Shown: positions 1-10,710, counted from the first letter of the whole stretch. The stretch is 62,086 nucleotides of DNA, filler included, from Diploschistes diacapsis (GCA_023645945.1; 6 parts of 6 records of this genome joined end to end with filler, not necessarily neighbours in it); one strand, 5' to 3'. Numbers and translations are program-made. Notes: generated from the letters alone by a model not told the origin.

Positions 1-78
1 TTACTACCATATGTGATTTGATTGCATAATATATTTAAATTGTTTAGCTACAGATTTACAAATAAAAAGTATTCCGCC

Positions 79-326
79 AAGTCTTTTCGGACTTAGGGCT
101 TAATTCCGTAGTGAAACCACAACGCAGTCACATGATCCTCACGTGACTCACAGAGGGCCATATTGTGGTTTCGCTATATATATCAGTTTAGTTCAATACT
201 GGCAGAATCCAGTATTGTTGGTCTTTTGGCTATGTGGCCTAGCGGTACTAAACTGGCGCTTTGTAATATCACAATATTGTGATAAAGCGCCAGTTTAGTC
301 GAAACCCTTTCTCGTAACGAGAGAAA
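79..326. repeat. Cluster of inverted repeats / palindromes (five or more hairpins in ~250 bp)
   Basis: Stems: 108-122 with 163-177 (GTAGTGAAACCACAA / TTGTGGTTTCGCTAT, two G.T wobbles), enclosing 126-135 with 139-148; 194-202 with 209-217 (perfect 9 bp); 247-262 with 284-299 (perfect 16 bp), enclosing the perfect palindrome ATCACAATATTGTGAT at 268-283; 310-315 with 317-322; 79-84 with 89-94. Confidence 0.85.
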
Positions 327-633
327 ATTTCATAGCAGCATCAAACAGAAAAGCCAGCATCCCAGCAGCTTCCACCAAACAAAGAGGCCTTGTCATGGTA
401 GGTAGAGATATCCTGCGCAATGGCATTGTTCAAGTACAACAAGTCAACTCAAATATGCGAAGTGTACGGGAAGGAATAACTCGCATTTTGGATATAAGGT
501 GGCATTCGATACCCTGCTACTTCTTATTTCTGACACCACGCCGACCTCAGTCTGCTATAGCACTCAGGCCATCCTCCAGGTCCTGGTTCCCTCTCCAAGC
601 TGAAATCTACTAGGTCGCGGTGCTTGCCCAGCG

Positions 634-1353
634 ATGCACTATCTGGAGCGTATCCGCAAAAGGAAGCATCTGCCGTTTGCTTACCCCCACTGCCTGTCAG
701 AGAGGACGTACGACGCGGCTTGCTTCGAATGCGGAACCTTCTTAGACCGTGAATGTATCCCGGAAATGCGTGCTGAAGACGAACCAGATATATTTGTGTA
801 TCTGGTTAAAGACGGCCTGGAACTGCGTTCCATAACCTTTCCAAGTGGGAAGGTTCTCGATATCATTCACCCGGTTTTCTGCTCCATGTGTTATTACCTC
901 CAGCGTTTGCCTCCTTATGATCCACATATCAATACGAAGACGGACTATTTTCCGTCCACCCGCCGGATCGAATCCTGGAAGATCAAAGGTAAAGCCCGAG
1001 TGATGACTTCTTGGGAGAAGTGGTACCTCGGGATTAAGCCAGAAGCGGGTCGTCGTCGCGCTTTACCTTCACCTGACGATGATGCCTTCATTCTTGAGAA
1101 GTTTGAGCCGGACCCAGCTTTCCTTATGTCCTTTTTGGGAGAACTCAATCCGCCTATAACACCTTATTCTCCTGCGAAGCCTTGTTCGCTTGTCGCGATC
1201 CAGCAATCTTTAGATTCCACGCGAGTACCCCGCTTGTTGGAAGCTCATTCAAATGACTACAACGGTGTCAATTCTAACTTCAAGGGCCAGTTGGTAGAGA
1301 GGATTGTCTCTGAGCTGGGTCGGGGTCCTATCGGAAGTGGAACTCTAACCTGA
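634..1353 (+). CDS. Uncharacterised putative zinc-binding protein, array member 1 (5' exon structure uncertain)
   Basis: 239-aa ORF with DAACFECGTFLD ... FCSMCYY ... WKIKGKARVMTSWEK, in the same motif order and spacing as downstream members. Confidence 0.65.
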   Translation: MHYLERIRKRKHLPFAYPHCLSERTYDAACFECGTFLDRECIPEMRAEDEPDIFVYLVKDGLELRSITFPSGKVLDIIHPVFCSMCYYLQRLPPYDPHINTKTDYFPSTRRIESWKIKGKARVMTSWEKWYLGIKPEAGRRRALPSPDDDAFILEKFEPDPAFLMSFLGELNPPITPYSPAKPCSLVAIQQSLDSTRVPRLLEAHSNDYNGVNSNFKGQLVERIVSELGRGPIGSGTLT

Positions 1354-1682
1354 GTAGCCGGGACGTTGACCAAAGCAAGCAATCTCTGTGCTCAGATCTG
1401 GTCAAACCCATCGTAGGTGTTTACCTCTCCATTTCATAGATGTTAGAAACAGACTTGTTGAAGCTTAGCGAGAGGTATTGTAGCTTGCAGTCAATCTATT
1501 CACTTGAATCCCACAAAACTCGACTCGTCATGTGCAATATATCAGGAAACTATGTCATGAATGACTTTACTCATCTTCATGAGCAACATTATTCCATGGT
1601 TTTGTCACCCTGATAAACTTATAAACGTGACTCACTGATAGCCTTCGAGGCTACAATTACTATCGAGCTGTCGCCAACAGCC

Positions 1683-2888
1683 ATGATACCCTATCGGGAG
1701 AAGAAATCGCCATATGATGCAGGCCCTGACAATCGCAATGAGCCTGACCAGTTGCGCCGTCATCATTTCCCGCGCCTCGATAGCTATGAGCGGTGCAGGT
1801 CAAACAGCGATATCAGCGACAGGCCGTTACCTCCCCCAAATCTAAACGGTCAAGAGCTTAACCGGTCTTCGAGCACGAGTCAGCGTCAGCGCAGCAATAC
1901 GTACGACTGGTCTCCCGCAGCAACTCATGGCGGCACAAACCATCAGCACGTTAGGTTTACAGCCTCTCCAATCATGAGCCCGTCGATGCCGAATGAAAGC
2001 TCTTCCAGGGATCGCTATATTCCTCGTCTTCCAGATAGCCGCTCTACTGCGGCAACGTACGGTGGCTCCACAGGCCCCCAGTCTCGTTATATGCCTCCGA
2101 ATGCAATTACAACCCACAATTCGCCTCCTCCCAAGACAAACGCCAGCTGCTTCAAAAAAGATGCTTACTGTCCGAGGTAGATAAGATTTCCTTGTTGTCG
2201 GCATTCTACGTTCCGAGATGGAACTAACAAGATCCCAAGGTGCCTTTTCTGGTTGGATCTGACTTGGGTCGAAGCCGAGTCGATTATCAGAAATGTTCGC
2301 CTGAAAGACACCCATCACTTCGGTCTTGATAAGCAGGGGTTGGATAAGGAAGGCCATCTTCGGGTATATGCTCATATTCAATCTTGCCGGGACCGTGTAC
2401 TGAGCTTTTGTCCAAGGTGAACAAAAAATGCTGTCCTATATGTGATCGCGAAAGAAATATTGTTCAGACCTCGCGGACCGCCCAAGACCAGGATATTCGC
2501 ATGAAGCAGTTGGAACGGATTCTTTACAAAGTAGGTTCATGGACCAACGGTAATGAGGGATTCAACACTAAAGGCAAGACAGTGGGCCTATGGAGGGCTC
2601 ATTCGTGGTATGAATAGGGAGACTAGGCGTGCCAAGGAGTCGATGATGCCACTTGGTAATGTCTTCGCTCTACCCATGGTCCAACATAGTCGCTAATAGC
2701 GCTATTAGAAGAACTTGATCCGTGCCTAGCAGAAGACTCCGGTCACGTCGTAGGTGAGCATTCTCCTAAACATCCATATGAGCATAGACGTCTATACTAA
2801 GCTCAAAGTAGAGCAGAAACGATCGCTCGCCAAGCAGGTTGCACATAAGACTCGAGATATGGGCCTGATGCCCAATACGTGGCAAGCA
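1683..2888 (+). CDS. Multi-exon uncharacterised putative zinc-binding protein, array member 2 (Ser/Pro-rich N-terminus; 3' end uncertain)
   Basis: Predicted GT-AG introns 2177-2239 (CTAAC branch), 2364-2416 and 2531-2582 splice in frame to give DAYCPRCLFWLDL ... KKCCPICDRE ... ILYKWAYGGLIRGMNRE. Further short GT-AG introns follow near 2656-2708 and 2754-2811. Confidence 0.6.
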
Positions 2889-3310
2889 GTAAGTGAACGT
2901 ATCTCAACCGTTGATCGCGGCCCTTTAAGCTGAGGCTATACAAGATTACCTTCGGCTTGCTAGTGACTTCGGAGCTCTTGTCGCACATATAACTGCCACC
3001 GACAGTCACATTCTCGACAGTTGCAGCTTCATTATCCGCGCTTAGGAGTTGGCTGTCACATCTAATAGTACAATGCGATTGAGAGGTCTCGGAAGAAGTC
3101 TTGCGAACCCTTTGTCCGGCACAATGAATGCTTGGAACCGCCTCTGTTTGGACAATGGGATGCAGGGTAGCAAAGACATTCACGTGCAGTAAATGTCATT
3201 ATTCTCCGGTCTATAATTAGTCTGCAGGTTCTCGTATTCTTAGATATCATCAAACTGCAATCTACTGACTGCATAGCTAACCACAGACCCAAGATCTCCA
3301 CACAATCAAG

Positions 3311-4045
3311 ATGTGCCACCTCGTCACCGGCGTTGGTCTCCCGAAAGGGGAAACACTGCCATTGCAAAAACCCGTCATACTCGAGTGCCATAACTCGCCC
3401 CATGGTCTGGGGGGCGCCGAAAGCTTCCGTATCATCCAAGACGTTCCTTGGGTGCTCAAGGTTGTTCTCCTAGAGGAGATCTGGAAGAGCCTTAAGGTGA
3501 AGGGGGAATCTGCGGCGTGGCATACTTCGTACTTGGAAACCCTCATCCAAGCGCACAAGAACCTCAAGGTAGAAGCTGATTACGTCGCGCAACATGGGAC
3601 TACCGACCCTCATTGGATGCTCCACGTTCAAAGATTGATCTCTCCAGATTGTGGGGCGGGAATCGAGCTACCTGAGGGCCTCCAGATGGTGATCAGCCCG
3701 TTACGTGCCATCCATACCGAGGAAAAGAGCAGCATCGACTTGATGTATTCCGAGTACAAGATGACTGGGGGTAAGAAAGGCCCACAAGGCCGCTATAATC
3801 AGTCGCTCGTATCAAGGACCATCTGGAAAGATTGTATCTATGCTCAAGGCCCCGAGAAATCGAGACTCACGACGACGTTGAAGATTAGAGGCGAGGATGG
3901 CGCCTTCCAAGTGCAAGTTGGTAAGTTTGCTTTCGGGCCTTCGTGGGGTACTTGCGGTAGGATTCGTCTCTTGACAGAAGCGCTTGATCCTGTGCTTCTG
4001 CAGCAGACACAGGTAAATGGATCAACTTCCGTACTGACAACATGA
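3311..4045 (+). CDS. Hypothetical protein (possibly the 3' exon of the gene starting at 1683)
   Basis: 244-aa ORF with globular-like composition, co-oriented with the array; no motif recognised. Confidence 0.4.
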   Translation: MCHLVTGVGLPKGETLPLQKPVILECHNSPHGLGGAESFRIIQDVPWVLKVVLLEEIWKSLKVKGESAAWHTSYLETLIQAHKNLKVEADYVAQHGTTDPHWMLHVQRLISPDCGAGIELPEGLQMVISPLRAIHTEEKSSIDLMYSEYKMTGGKKGPQGRYNQSLVSRTIWKDCIYAQGPEKSRLTTTLKIRGEDGAFQVQVGKFAFGPSWGTCGRIRLLTEALDPVLLQQTQVNGSTSVLTT

Positions 4046-4400
4046 AGGCCCAGGTAAGTAGTATAGTTTTCAGGGTTATGGTGTAATAGCGATCTGTTTT
4101 TGATAAAAGACTTGCAAGACCCTTGCCAGGACTATTCGATCGCGCTTTCCTCTCATGTTGCTTCAGAGCCTGATAAGGCCGAGAACTATGTACCTGCACT
4201 CTGCACTTCAAAACACTCGAAAAACCCTTCGTTGTTCTGTGTTCTATGGGCTCAAGTCCCAAAGATAATCTATTTGTTTTACTGTCCTGAATCCTTGCCA
4301 CAATCCTGTTATTCTCTCACGGTTATATCTGGTCACATTATTCGAGTCATTTCTATGTCATCTTAGGTTCTCAACTCATCACGCTTGCCACTCATTCTAG

Positions 4401-5081
4401 ATGATTCCACATCGCTCAGAGTCGCTTCGACAAACCGAAATGGGCTCACGCAATTCCAAAGAGTCGTCTACTGACTCTGGTGATACCTACAGTGAGAAGC
4501 TACTCGGACAACGATTGACGAGCCAGTCAACCAACGGTAGAGTGGAAAGGGGTCCAGAAGAGCTGCCCCTAGGTATAGCGGGTCAGGCCACGCGTCTTCA
4601 ACGCACTCGGCATCAACAGCAGGCGAGCACTTCGACTGCTGCTTCTTCTACAGCCTCCACCTCACCTACGTCCCCAGCTCAATCCAATTCTCTTGCTCCC
4701 CTGTCAACCGAAACAAACCGAATCCACTACTGCACCACCTGCCATCACAAGATCGCATCTTCCCTTTTCGAAGCTCGTCTGGACAAGGCTCGTCGCTCTC
4801 ATCGACGCTCTCACGACCCCTATTGGGCTTATTCCCATATTCCAGAAAACCTCAAAGGCACGAAATACCAAAGCTGGCTCAAGATAAACAACGAGGAGTG
4901 TCCCTTGTGTGAAGCGATCTTGAGGAAGATGTACGCCAACTCGAGCTATAAGGACGGACTATGGGCTAGAGATGAAGTGAAGAAGATGGAGAAGGATGGG
5001 CTGGTGGAGCTGATGACACCAGAAGAGAAAGCGGTGCTGGAAGACCCGAGGGGTAGCAAGTGGAACAACAAAGCTTGGTAA
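4401..5081 (+). CDS. Uncharacterised putative zinc-binding protein, array member 3
   Basis: Ser/Thr-rich N-terminus, then IHYCTTCHHKI ... EECPLCEAIL ... KDGLVELMTPEEK. Confidence 0.65.
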   Translation: MIPHRSESLRQTEMGSRNSKESSTDSGDTYSEKLLGQRLTSQSTNGRVERGPEELPLGIAGQATRLQRTRHQQQASTSTAASSTASTSPTSPAQSNSLAPLSTETNRIHYCTTCHHKIASSLFEARLDKARRSHRRSHDPYWAYSHIPENLKGTKYQSWLKINNEECPLCEAILRKMYANSSYKDGLWARDEVKKMEKDGLVELMTPEEKAVLEDPRGSKWNNKAW

Positions 5082-5775
5082 GGAGGAAATTGATGGGGGA
5101 TGAAATGAGTAGAAGATGTAGAGGATTCGCGCTGTGTGCTTGATCAAGATTAAGCGCTCCTTCAGGCTTCCGTTGCTGCTACGGATGATTTTGCATACAT
5201 GTACTACTAGCATGCACTAATAAACAACATGCTCATGCTCATGCTTTTTCTTTTTCTTTTTCCTTTTTCAAATCTTGTATTTGTCACCTGCTTGAGAACT
5301 TCTTTATAATAGTGATAAGTTATCATCGCGCAAATTTTATTCGCTTGTTTCGCGTCGCTCGACTGGGAAATACAGCATATCACATCCCCAAATGGAAATG
5401 ACTCGGCATAGCATTTCTTCTTCGAACGCCAGAAAGATGCTGATGAACAAGTTAAGACGATGCACGAATGCTATATCATCATGCCTGAAGAGATGCAACA
5501 CATTCTTTGTTCTTTTCCTTTCAAGGTCGAGAAAGAGATCATTCACATCCACATCCCCAGCGCCGAGTACCCTACAATGACTATACAACGAAGCGTCAGC
5601 ATCCTTTGTCTACCGAGTCATTATGAGCGAAGCTGATGCGCGACAACCAGCTCGGACAACTGTCTTATCCTTCTCCTCCCCCCCTATAATAAGTCTCCGC
5701 ATTCTCTCACACACATTTTACTCGGACTACCTGAAGCGGACTTTGCATCCACGAAAATCAGCTCTTGCAGACCAA

Positions 5776-6321
5776 ATGGCTCCCGACATCGTCCCTCCAA
5801 GCCAGGCCTCGAAGAACCCCACCTTTCTGCACGACTACATCAGCTGCCACGACCGCTGCCGCTTCTGGATCGACCTCTCCCAGCTCGAGAGCGCGCTCGT
5901 CATCGTCGGCCTCCCCGAGCAGCCCGCGGAACCGGAGGCGCACCACGGCCGCTGGAGCCGCCACAGGGTCCTGGTCCTGCCCGGCTGCCCCATCTGTAGG
6001 TACACGGCTATGCTCGACGCGGCCGAGGAAGGGGGTAACTTTTCCAGGGTTGGAGAGATCTTGGAGCTGCTGAGGTCGTTCGACGGGGAGGGGGTCAAGT
6101 TTGCGCGGATGATGACGGCGCAGGAGGAGAGGGTTGTTCTTGGCGAGGAGGGGGTCCAGGCGTATTGGGACTGGCTGGAGGAGCACGAGGAGCGGTACAG
6201 AGAGGATTATGAGAGGGTGAGGGAGGGGAGGGAGAGCATGGTTAGGAGGCTGGAGGAGGAGGAGGAGAGGGCGGTTAGGGGGGAGTCTAGGACGAGGAGT
6301 GTGGAGGGTGAGCCTTGTTAG
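5776..6321 (+). CDS. Uncharacterised putative zinc-binding protein, array member 4 (acidic/Arg-rich helical tail)
   Basis: SCHDRCRFWIDL ... GCPICRY ... GVKFARMMTAQEE. Strong G/C third-position bias. TATA-like TATAATAA near 5685 favours the ATG at 5776; the ORF track starts at 5623. Confidence 0.7.
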   Translation: MAPDIVPPSQASKNPTFLHDYISCHDRCRFWIDLSQLESALVIVGLPEQPAEPEAHHGRWSRHRVLVLPGCPICRYTAMLDAAEEGGNFSRVGEILELLRSFDGEGVKFARMMTAQEERVVLGEEGVQAYWDWLEEHEERYREDYERVREGRESMVRRLEEEEERAVRGESRTRSVEGEPC

Positions 6322-6804
6322 TGTGGGCTTCAGGCCGGGCTGGCGGAGAGTGGTGAGATGCATGCTTTTGGGAGGTATAATGCATGTATAGGAGAAAAGA
6401 GGATGGATTAAATTTCATACGTGCATCTTGAGGATGTATTGACTACATATGCTCAGTGGCGTGACGTGTGGCATGACAGCACTATCTGTATACAATAAGG
6501 GCAGTTGAGGGAAAGCGAGTTCCAGGTTGAGTCACTGATTTCTCTTAATTCACGCGCAAATGAGCCATGATTTTTTGCAAGAGATAGCCACGAGGGCTGT
6601 GACGAAGAAGCTGGTATTCTCTTTGTTTTTTGTGGTTATTTTCCTGCTTATAAGAAGACCACTTCCGCGATTGGCAGACTCCTATTCTCAAACACCTTGG
6701 TTTCATTTACCTTAATATGATCCTATTTGGGTACACGTTTCCGCTTGAGGACTGTTTTGTTCGTCCTTCAATAAAGCCCCTTTTGCGCAGACGCTCCTAT
6801 CGTT

Positions 6805-7320
6805 GTGTTCTATCGAAAAAGTTCAGTTCTGCTATGCCACCAAGAGAGCATCAACAACGAAGCTCGGACGAAGGACATTTACACTTCAATCCAAATAGCC
6901 TTTGAGCATTCGCACTGTTATTTCCACTGGCCCTGTAAGTGCTGGATCGACACTAGAAAACTCGCAATCGAACTCAAGGACAAAGACCTCGAAGTCACCA
7001 AAATAGGTAAATTCTCTTTTCTGCAATGGCACGAATGGCTTGAGGTTGAGCAAGACGAAAAAAGCTACTGTCCCTTGTGCCAGATACGCCAGTGGGTAAA
7101 AGATGCTGCTTGGGCAGACGAAACTTCATCTCGGGGGAGTGAAAATGGCACACGCGTTTTTCGAATAATATACGAATCCTACTGCAGAAACGGAATGGCC
7201 AGAAAGATGACGTGGGAAGAAGAACAACTGCAGATATCACAACACAGGCAGCCGGAGTTGGCACCTTTTGTGCAGGCTGGCGAGAAGGATCGCGACTTTA
7301 CTTCCCGAAAATGTCCCTAG
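6805..7320 (+). CDS. Uncharacterised putative zinc-binding protein, array member 5 (5' end uncertain, possibly frameshifted)
   Basis: FHWPCKCWIDT ... SYCPLCQIR ... RNGMARKMTWEEE. No in-frame ATG upstream of the motifs; the ATG at 6834 (MPPREH...) would join through a 1-nt frameshift near 6900. Confidence 0.6.
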   Translation: MFYRKSSVLLCHQESINNEARTKDIYTSIQIAFEHSHCYFHWPCKCWIDTRKLAIELKDKDLEVTKIGKFSFLQWHEWLEVEQDEKSYCPLCQIRQWVKDAAWADETSSRGSENGTRVFRIIYESYCRNGMARKMTWEEEQLQISQHRQPELAPFVQAGEKDRDFTSRKCP

Positions 7321-7623
7321 ATAGTCATCTATATCATGGAGACTCACAAATCGTCTTTTCATCTACCATACTTGACGTGCACATTATGACAAGAGCATGT
7401 GAAATTTCTAGTTCCTATGCCAGCTATAAGACGACTGCTTCTTCCTTGTAGCCTCTGGCCTTGGTAAGTAACTTCGTCCTAAGCCTATCACTCTACCAAG
7501 TCTTCACATGATGGCTAAGACATTTTCTAGAGATAAGATACGTTCCATTCAGACCTCTATTAACTCGACTCTCTCTGCTCTTCCAAAAAAGATCCACCAC
7601 ACGCTCCTTGAGCTCAATCTACG

Positions 7624-7990
7624 ATGCCACCGGCGGAAAACGACTCATACAAGGCATACCACTAAACTTGCAGGTTCTGAATCGCCACAAAGAACTTCGA
7701 TGGCATCAGGGCTGAGAGCGAGCCTACCCACTGGATGCGAGAATTTTCCAATCATACAAGCATTGATACCAGATCCTGTATATGGATGAGCTCGCATGTC
7801 TAACATGTAGAGTTACAAAGCTCACCACCAACGCAGAAGAATTCCTCACAGAAGTCAAAAGGTTTGGTGGAAAAGAGACGACCGAGCAGGCGGGTTGAAG
7901 GGACTGAGTCAATGGCCATAACATCTTGACATGACCTTCACCGAGGCTTCAATAATTGCAGCCATGCTTCTTGTTGAGTCAAAGGGGGAA
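7624..7990 (+). pseudogene. Degenerate array member 6
   Basis: From ATG 7624 it reads MPPAENDSYKAYH*TCRF*IA (TAA 7663, TGA 7678 at the conserved W position). After frameshifts: LACLTCRV (7791-7814) and LDMTFTE (MT at 7931). Confidence 0.55.
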
Positions 7991-8141
7991 GTATTTGATT
8001 GCGAGTACTGTGCTTGCCTATCATCTTTCCTGAAACAACCCCTTCCAACCTCACAATACCTCTGATGCCTGCCTCTCGTCTTCATACTCTGCACACGTAA
8101 CAGCCAATCTTCTCCAAGTCTGCGAACCAGTTCACTCATAT

Positions 8142-8750
8142 ATGCCGTCTGACACCACCGTTGAGAAAGAATGCATATGCAAAGAACCATCCCCTTTTGT
8201 GTCGCTGCTTCTACTACTATGAAGGCTCAGTAGTGTAACATTAATCGATACGAATATTGGGGTCGCGAAGCCCACACCGGTATTCTTACCCAAGAAAGAG
8301 CCTCCCCGACAAATTGCCAAGATTATGTGCCTTTACCCAAAGTGGGATAGATGCGAAGGCTAGCAGCCAGTGGAATTACAGAAGCTATCTAAAGTCAAAG
8401 AATGCCGCATTTGCCCGGTGCTGGACGAGCTGGACAGGATCCAGTCCGAGACCAAGAAAACTTCGCACGACCTGGAATGCCACGAGAGCTGCGAGGAGAC
8501 TAATAGATTGCCACGAGAGCAGCAGGAGACTAATAGATCAGTATACGACAAATTGACGTGGCTGCGGTGAGACTACAGCGCTAAACCGGTGGATCTGGAG
8601 ACCAAGGTTCTACTCAAAGGGGAGGGGAAATGGTTGAAGGAGCAGTTCAAGAAGATCCAGAAAGAGACCGGCGCTCGCCCGGGTCCCGATGGCTTTAAAT
8701 TCAATAGCCGTGAAAGACTGTGGAGATGCTGCAAAGTTTGTAGTGCCTGA
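8142..8750 (+). pseudogene. Cys-rich pseudogene, possible divergent array member 7
   Basis: Single frame from ATG 8142 to TGA 8748-8750 with three premature stops (8220, 8361, 8568); contains WDRCEG*, ECRICPVL and LWRCCKVC. Confidence 0.45.
8478..8538 (+). repeat. ~30-bp near-perfect tandem duplication
   Basis: TGCCACGAGAGCTGCGAGGAGACTAATAGAT followed by TGCCACGAGAGCAGCAGGAGACTAATAGAT. Confidence 0.85.
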
Positions 8751-9884
8751 CCCGAAGAACGAGAATACTATGTCACCTGACGAACCTCTCCCTCGTGTTT
8801 ACCGTGGCGAGGATAAGTGATCATGTTAGATCAGTCTTACTAACAAATTCTAGCTCGTTGATGCTTGACGAAGAGAGATATCGATGATTAGATACTTGAG
8901 AAAGACATATTACCGCGGGAAAGCCGGCAGAAACAAGAGCCCGAAGGTAGGACTGTGGTATCCTTCGATGAAAGCTGACTACCTTCCTCGAAGTGCACTC
9001 TGAATATCAAGCGAACACTCATTGCTATGTGTGGTTAGAGGGATAGCTTTGGCGATTGCGTCCTTGAATGCTTACTTGCTTACCTGCCTAGCTTTAAGTG
9101 CAATCAGAAACGATTACCACCTATTTCTCGCCTCGTTGTCTGAGACTTTGCTACCTCACTATGCTGGCCTCGCCGATGGCAACGTCTCCCACCGCTGCCC
9201 TGACTTTGAATCCGGCTATCCTCACAATACCAAAAACGCTTTCCTTCATCAACCAGCCACCGTCCCGAGTGCGCATATCATACCTATGGATCTTTAGAGC
9301 CCAGTGCTCCGATACTGGAAACTCTCCATAGATTTCACCATCACTACCCCCCAATATCTTCAGCACAACCAACAACACACACAATCGACCCCGCATCTAA
9401 GAAAACCGCCAATCATCAAACCTACATCCCCAAGTACGGGATTTCCAGTTTCCCCTAACTCCCAATTTCCCCCCTTCTCTACCTACCGCCCCACCGCAAA
9501 CCATACGAAAAAGGGGTAAATTCAAGTAATACCTTTTTCGGGACTAGATAGCATCTTAGCGCTCTTTCTTTCCGCACCTAGTTTTTCATTTCTTGGCACA
9601 TTTCCCAAAGGCCGCATGCATGATCGTAGTATATCCATCCACCCATCCACCCATCCATCCATCCACCTACCCAGCAAAAAAAAAGGCAGAAGGGCCTCCA
9701 GAAGCGGCCCCCGGTTCTCAATGCAGCTGTTTCCCCGTGTATCATTACCGGCGAGGTTCGAGGAGGGGGAAAAAAAAGCGGAATGTCCTCTGATGCGCTG
9801 CGTTACCGAAACTCGCAACTCGCCTGCCTTGTGACGGAGGCTTGGGAAGGATGTTTACCTGTTTTGCCTGCCCCGTGCAGGTTG

Positions 9885-9916
<32 letters not shown>

Positions 9917-10277
9917 GGGGGCGTGGGCCCGGCGGCCCATGGGCACGTGCTGCTAGGGGGTTAGCCTGGCATGTATCCATACATACATAGCCCCGAGGGG
10001 CTCTCGGTGGGACAATTTGGTCCCCAATCTATTATCTCCCCCTCCTTCTACCGTTTTTTCTATACACCGAGGAGGGTTGATCCCGAAACCATCATGCGGC
10101 GAGTTTTCTCTGGGTAGTAGCTTTTGTATGTTTTGATAACAACACAGCGTATGCCAGACCATAGTCGTCTTCGACAATGATCCCGGAAAATCGTTTTCCA
10201 CATCCCCACTCATACTATATACAAGAAAACCCCCCCTGATCCTTTAACAGAACCTCAGTCCTCCAAACTACTTCCCC

Positions 10278-10377
10278 NNNNNNNNNNNNNNNNNNNNNNN
10301 NNNNNNNNNNNNNNNNNNNNNTTAATTAATTAANNNNNNNNNNNNNNNNNNNNNNNNNNNNNNNNNNNNNNNNNNNN
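10278..10377. other. Artificial assembly linker / gap (N44-TTAATTAATTAA-N44)
   Basis: Exactly 100 bp with a central all-frame stop linker. Confidence 0.98.
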
Positions 10378-10710
10378 GTGTGGGTGTGGGTGAGACGGGA
10401 CCAGGAGTTTTGGGCTCGGTTTTGATTTTGATTTTGGTCCTGGTTCTGGTTCTGAAGGCCGGGATCTAGTTGGGTGTGGGAGGCGAGGCTAATGGGGAGG
10501 TGCCGAGGCAGAGGGTGGAGGAGGAAAGCGGCTTCGTTGGGCCTGGGGTTGTTGACGTTAGTGGAGTGCGGAGAAGGGAAAGGGGGGGCTTTGAAAAAGT
10601 CGAAGGGGGGAGGGAGAAGGGAAGGTTTAGTGAGTTTTGATAATTTGTGGAGATAACGGGTAGGTTATGAAGAAAATGCAAAAAAAGTAAACTCACAGCT
10701 CCAACACTTC

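Noticed and set aside
634..8750. Interpretation of the co-oriented orphan array as an integrated virus or plasmid
   Set aside because: No polymerase, capsid, integrase or helicase motifs; at least one member has spliceosomal introns; the genes are paralogs of each other.
9400..10277. Poly-T directly followed by poly-A (~9886-9916), (CCAT)n repeats and short ORFs near the end of contig 1
   Set aside because: Low-complexity, homopolymer-rich sequence at a contig end; possibly low-quality assembly and no coding signal.
10322..10333. Recurring TTAATTAATTAA palindrome every ~10.37 kb, which might look like a periodic biological element
   Set aside because: Always centred in 100-bp N runs; it is a synthetic all-frame stop linker.
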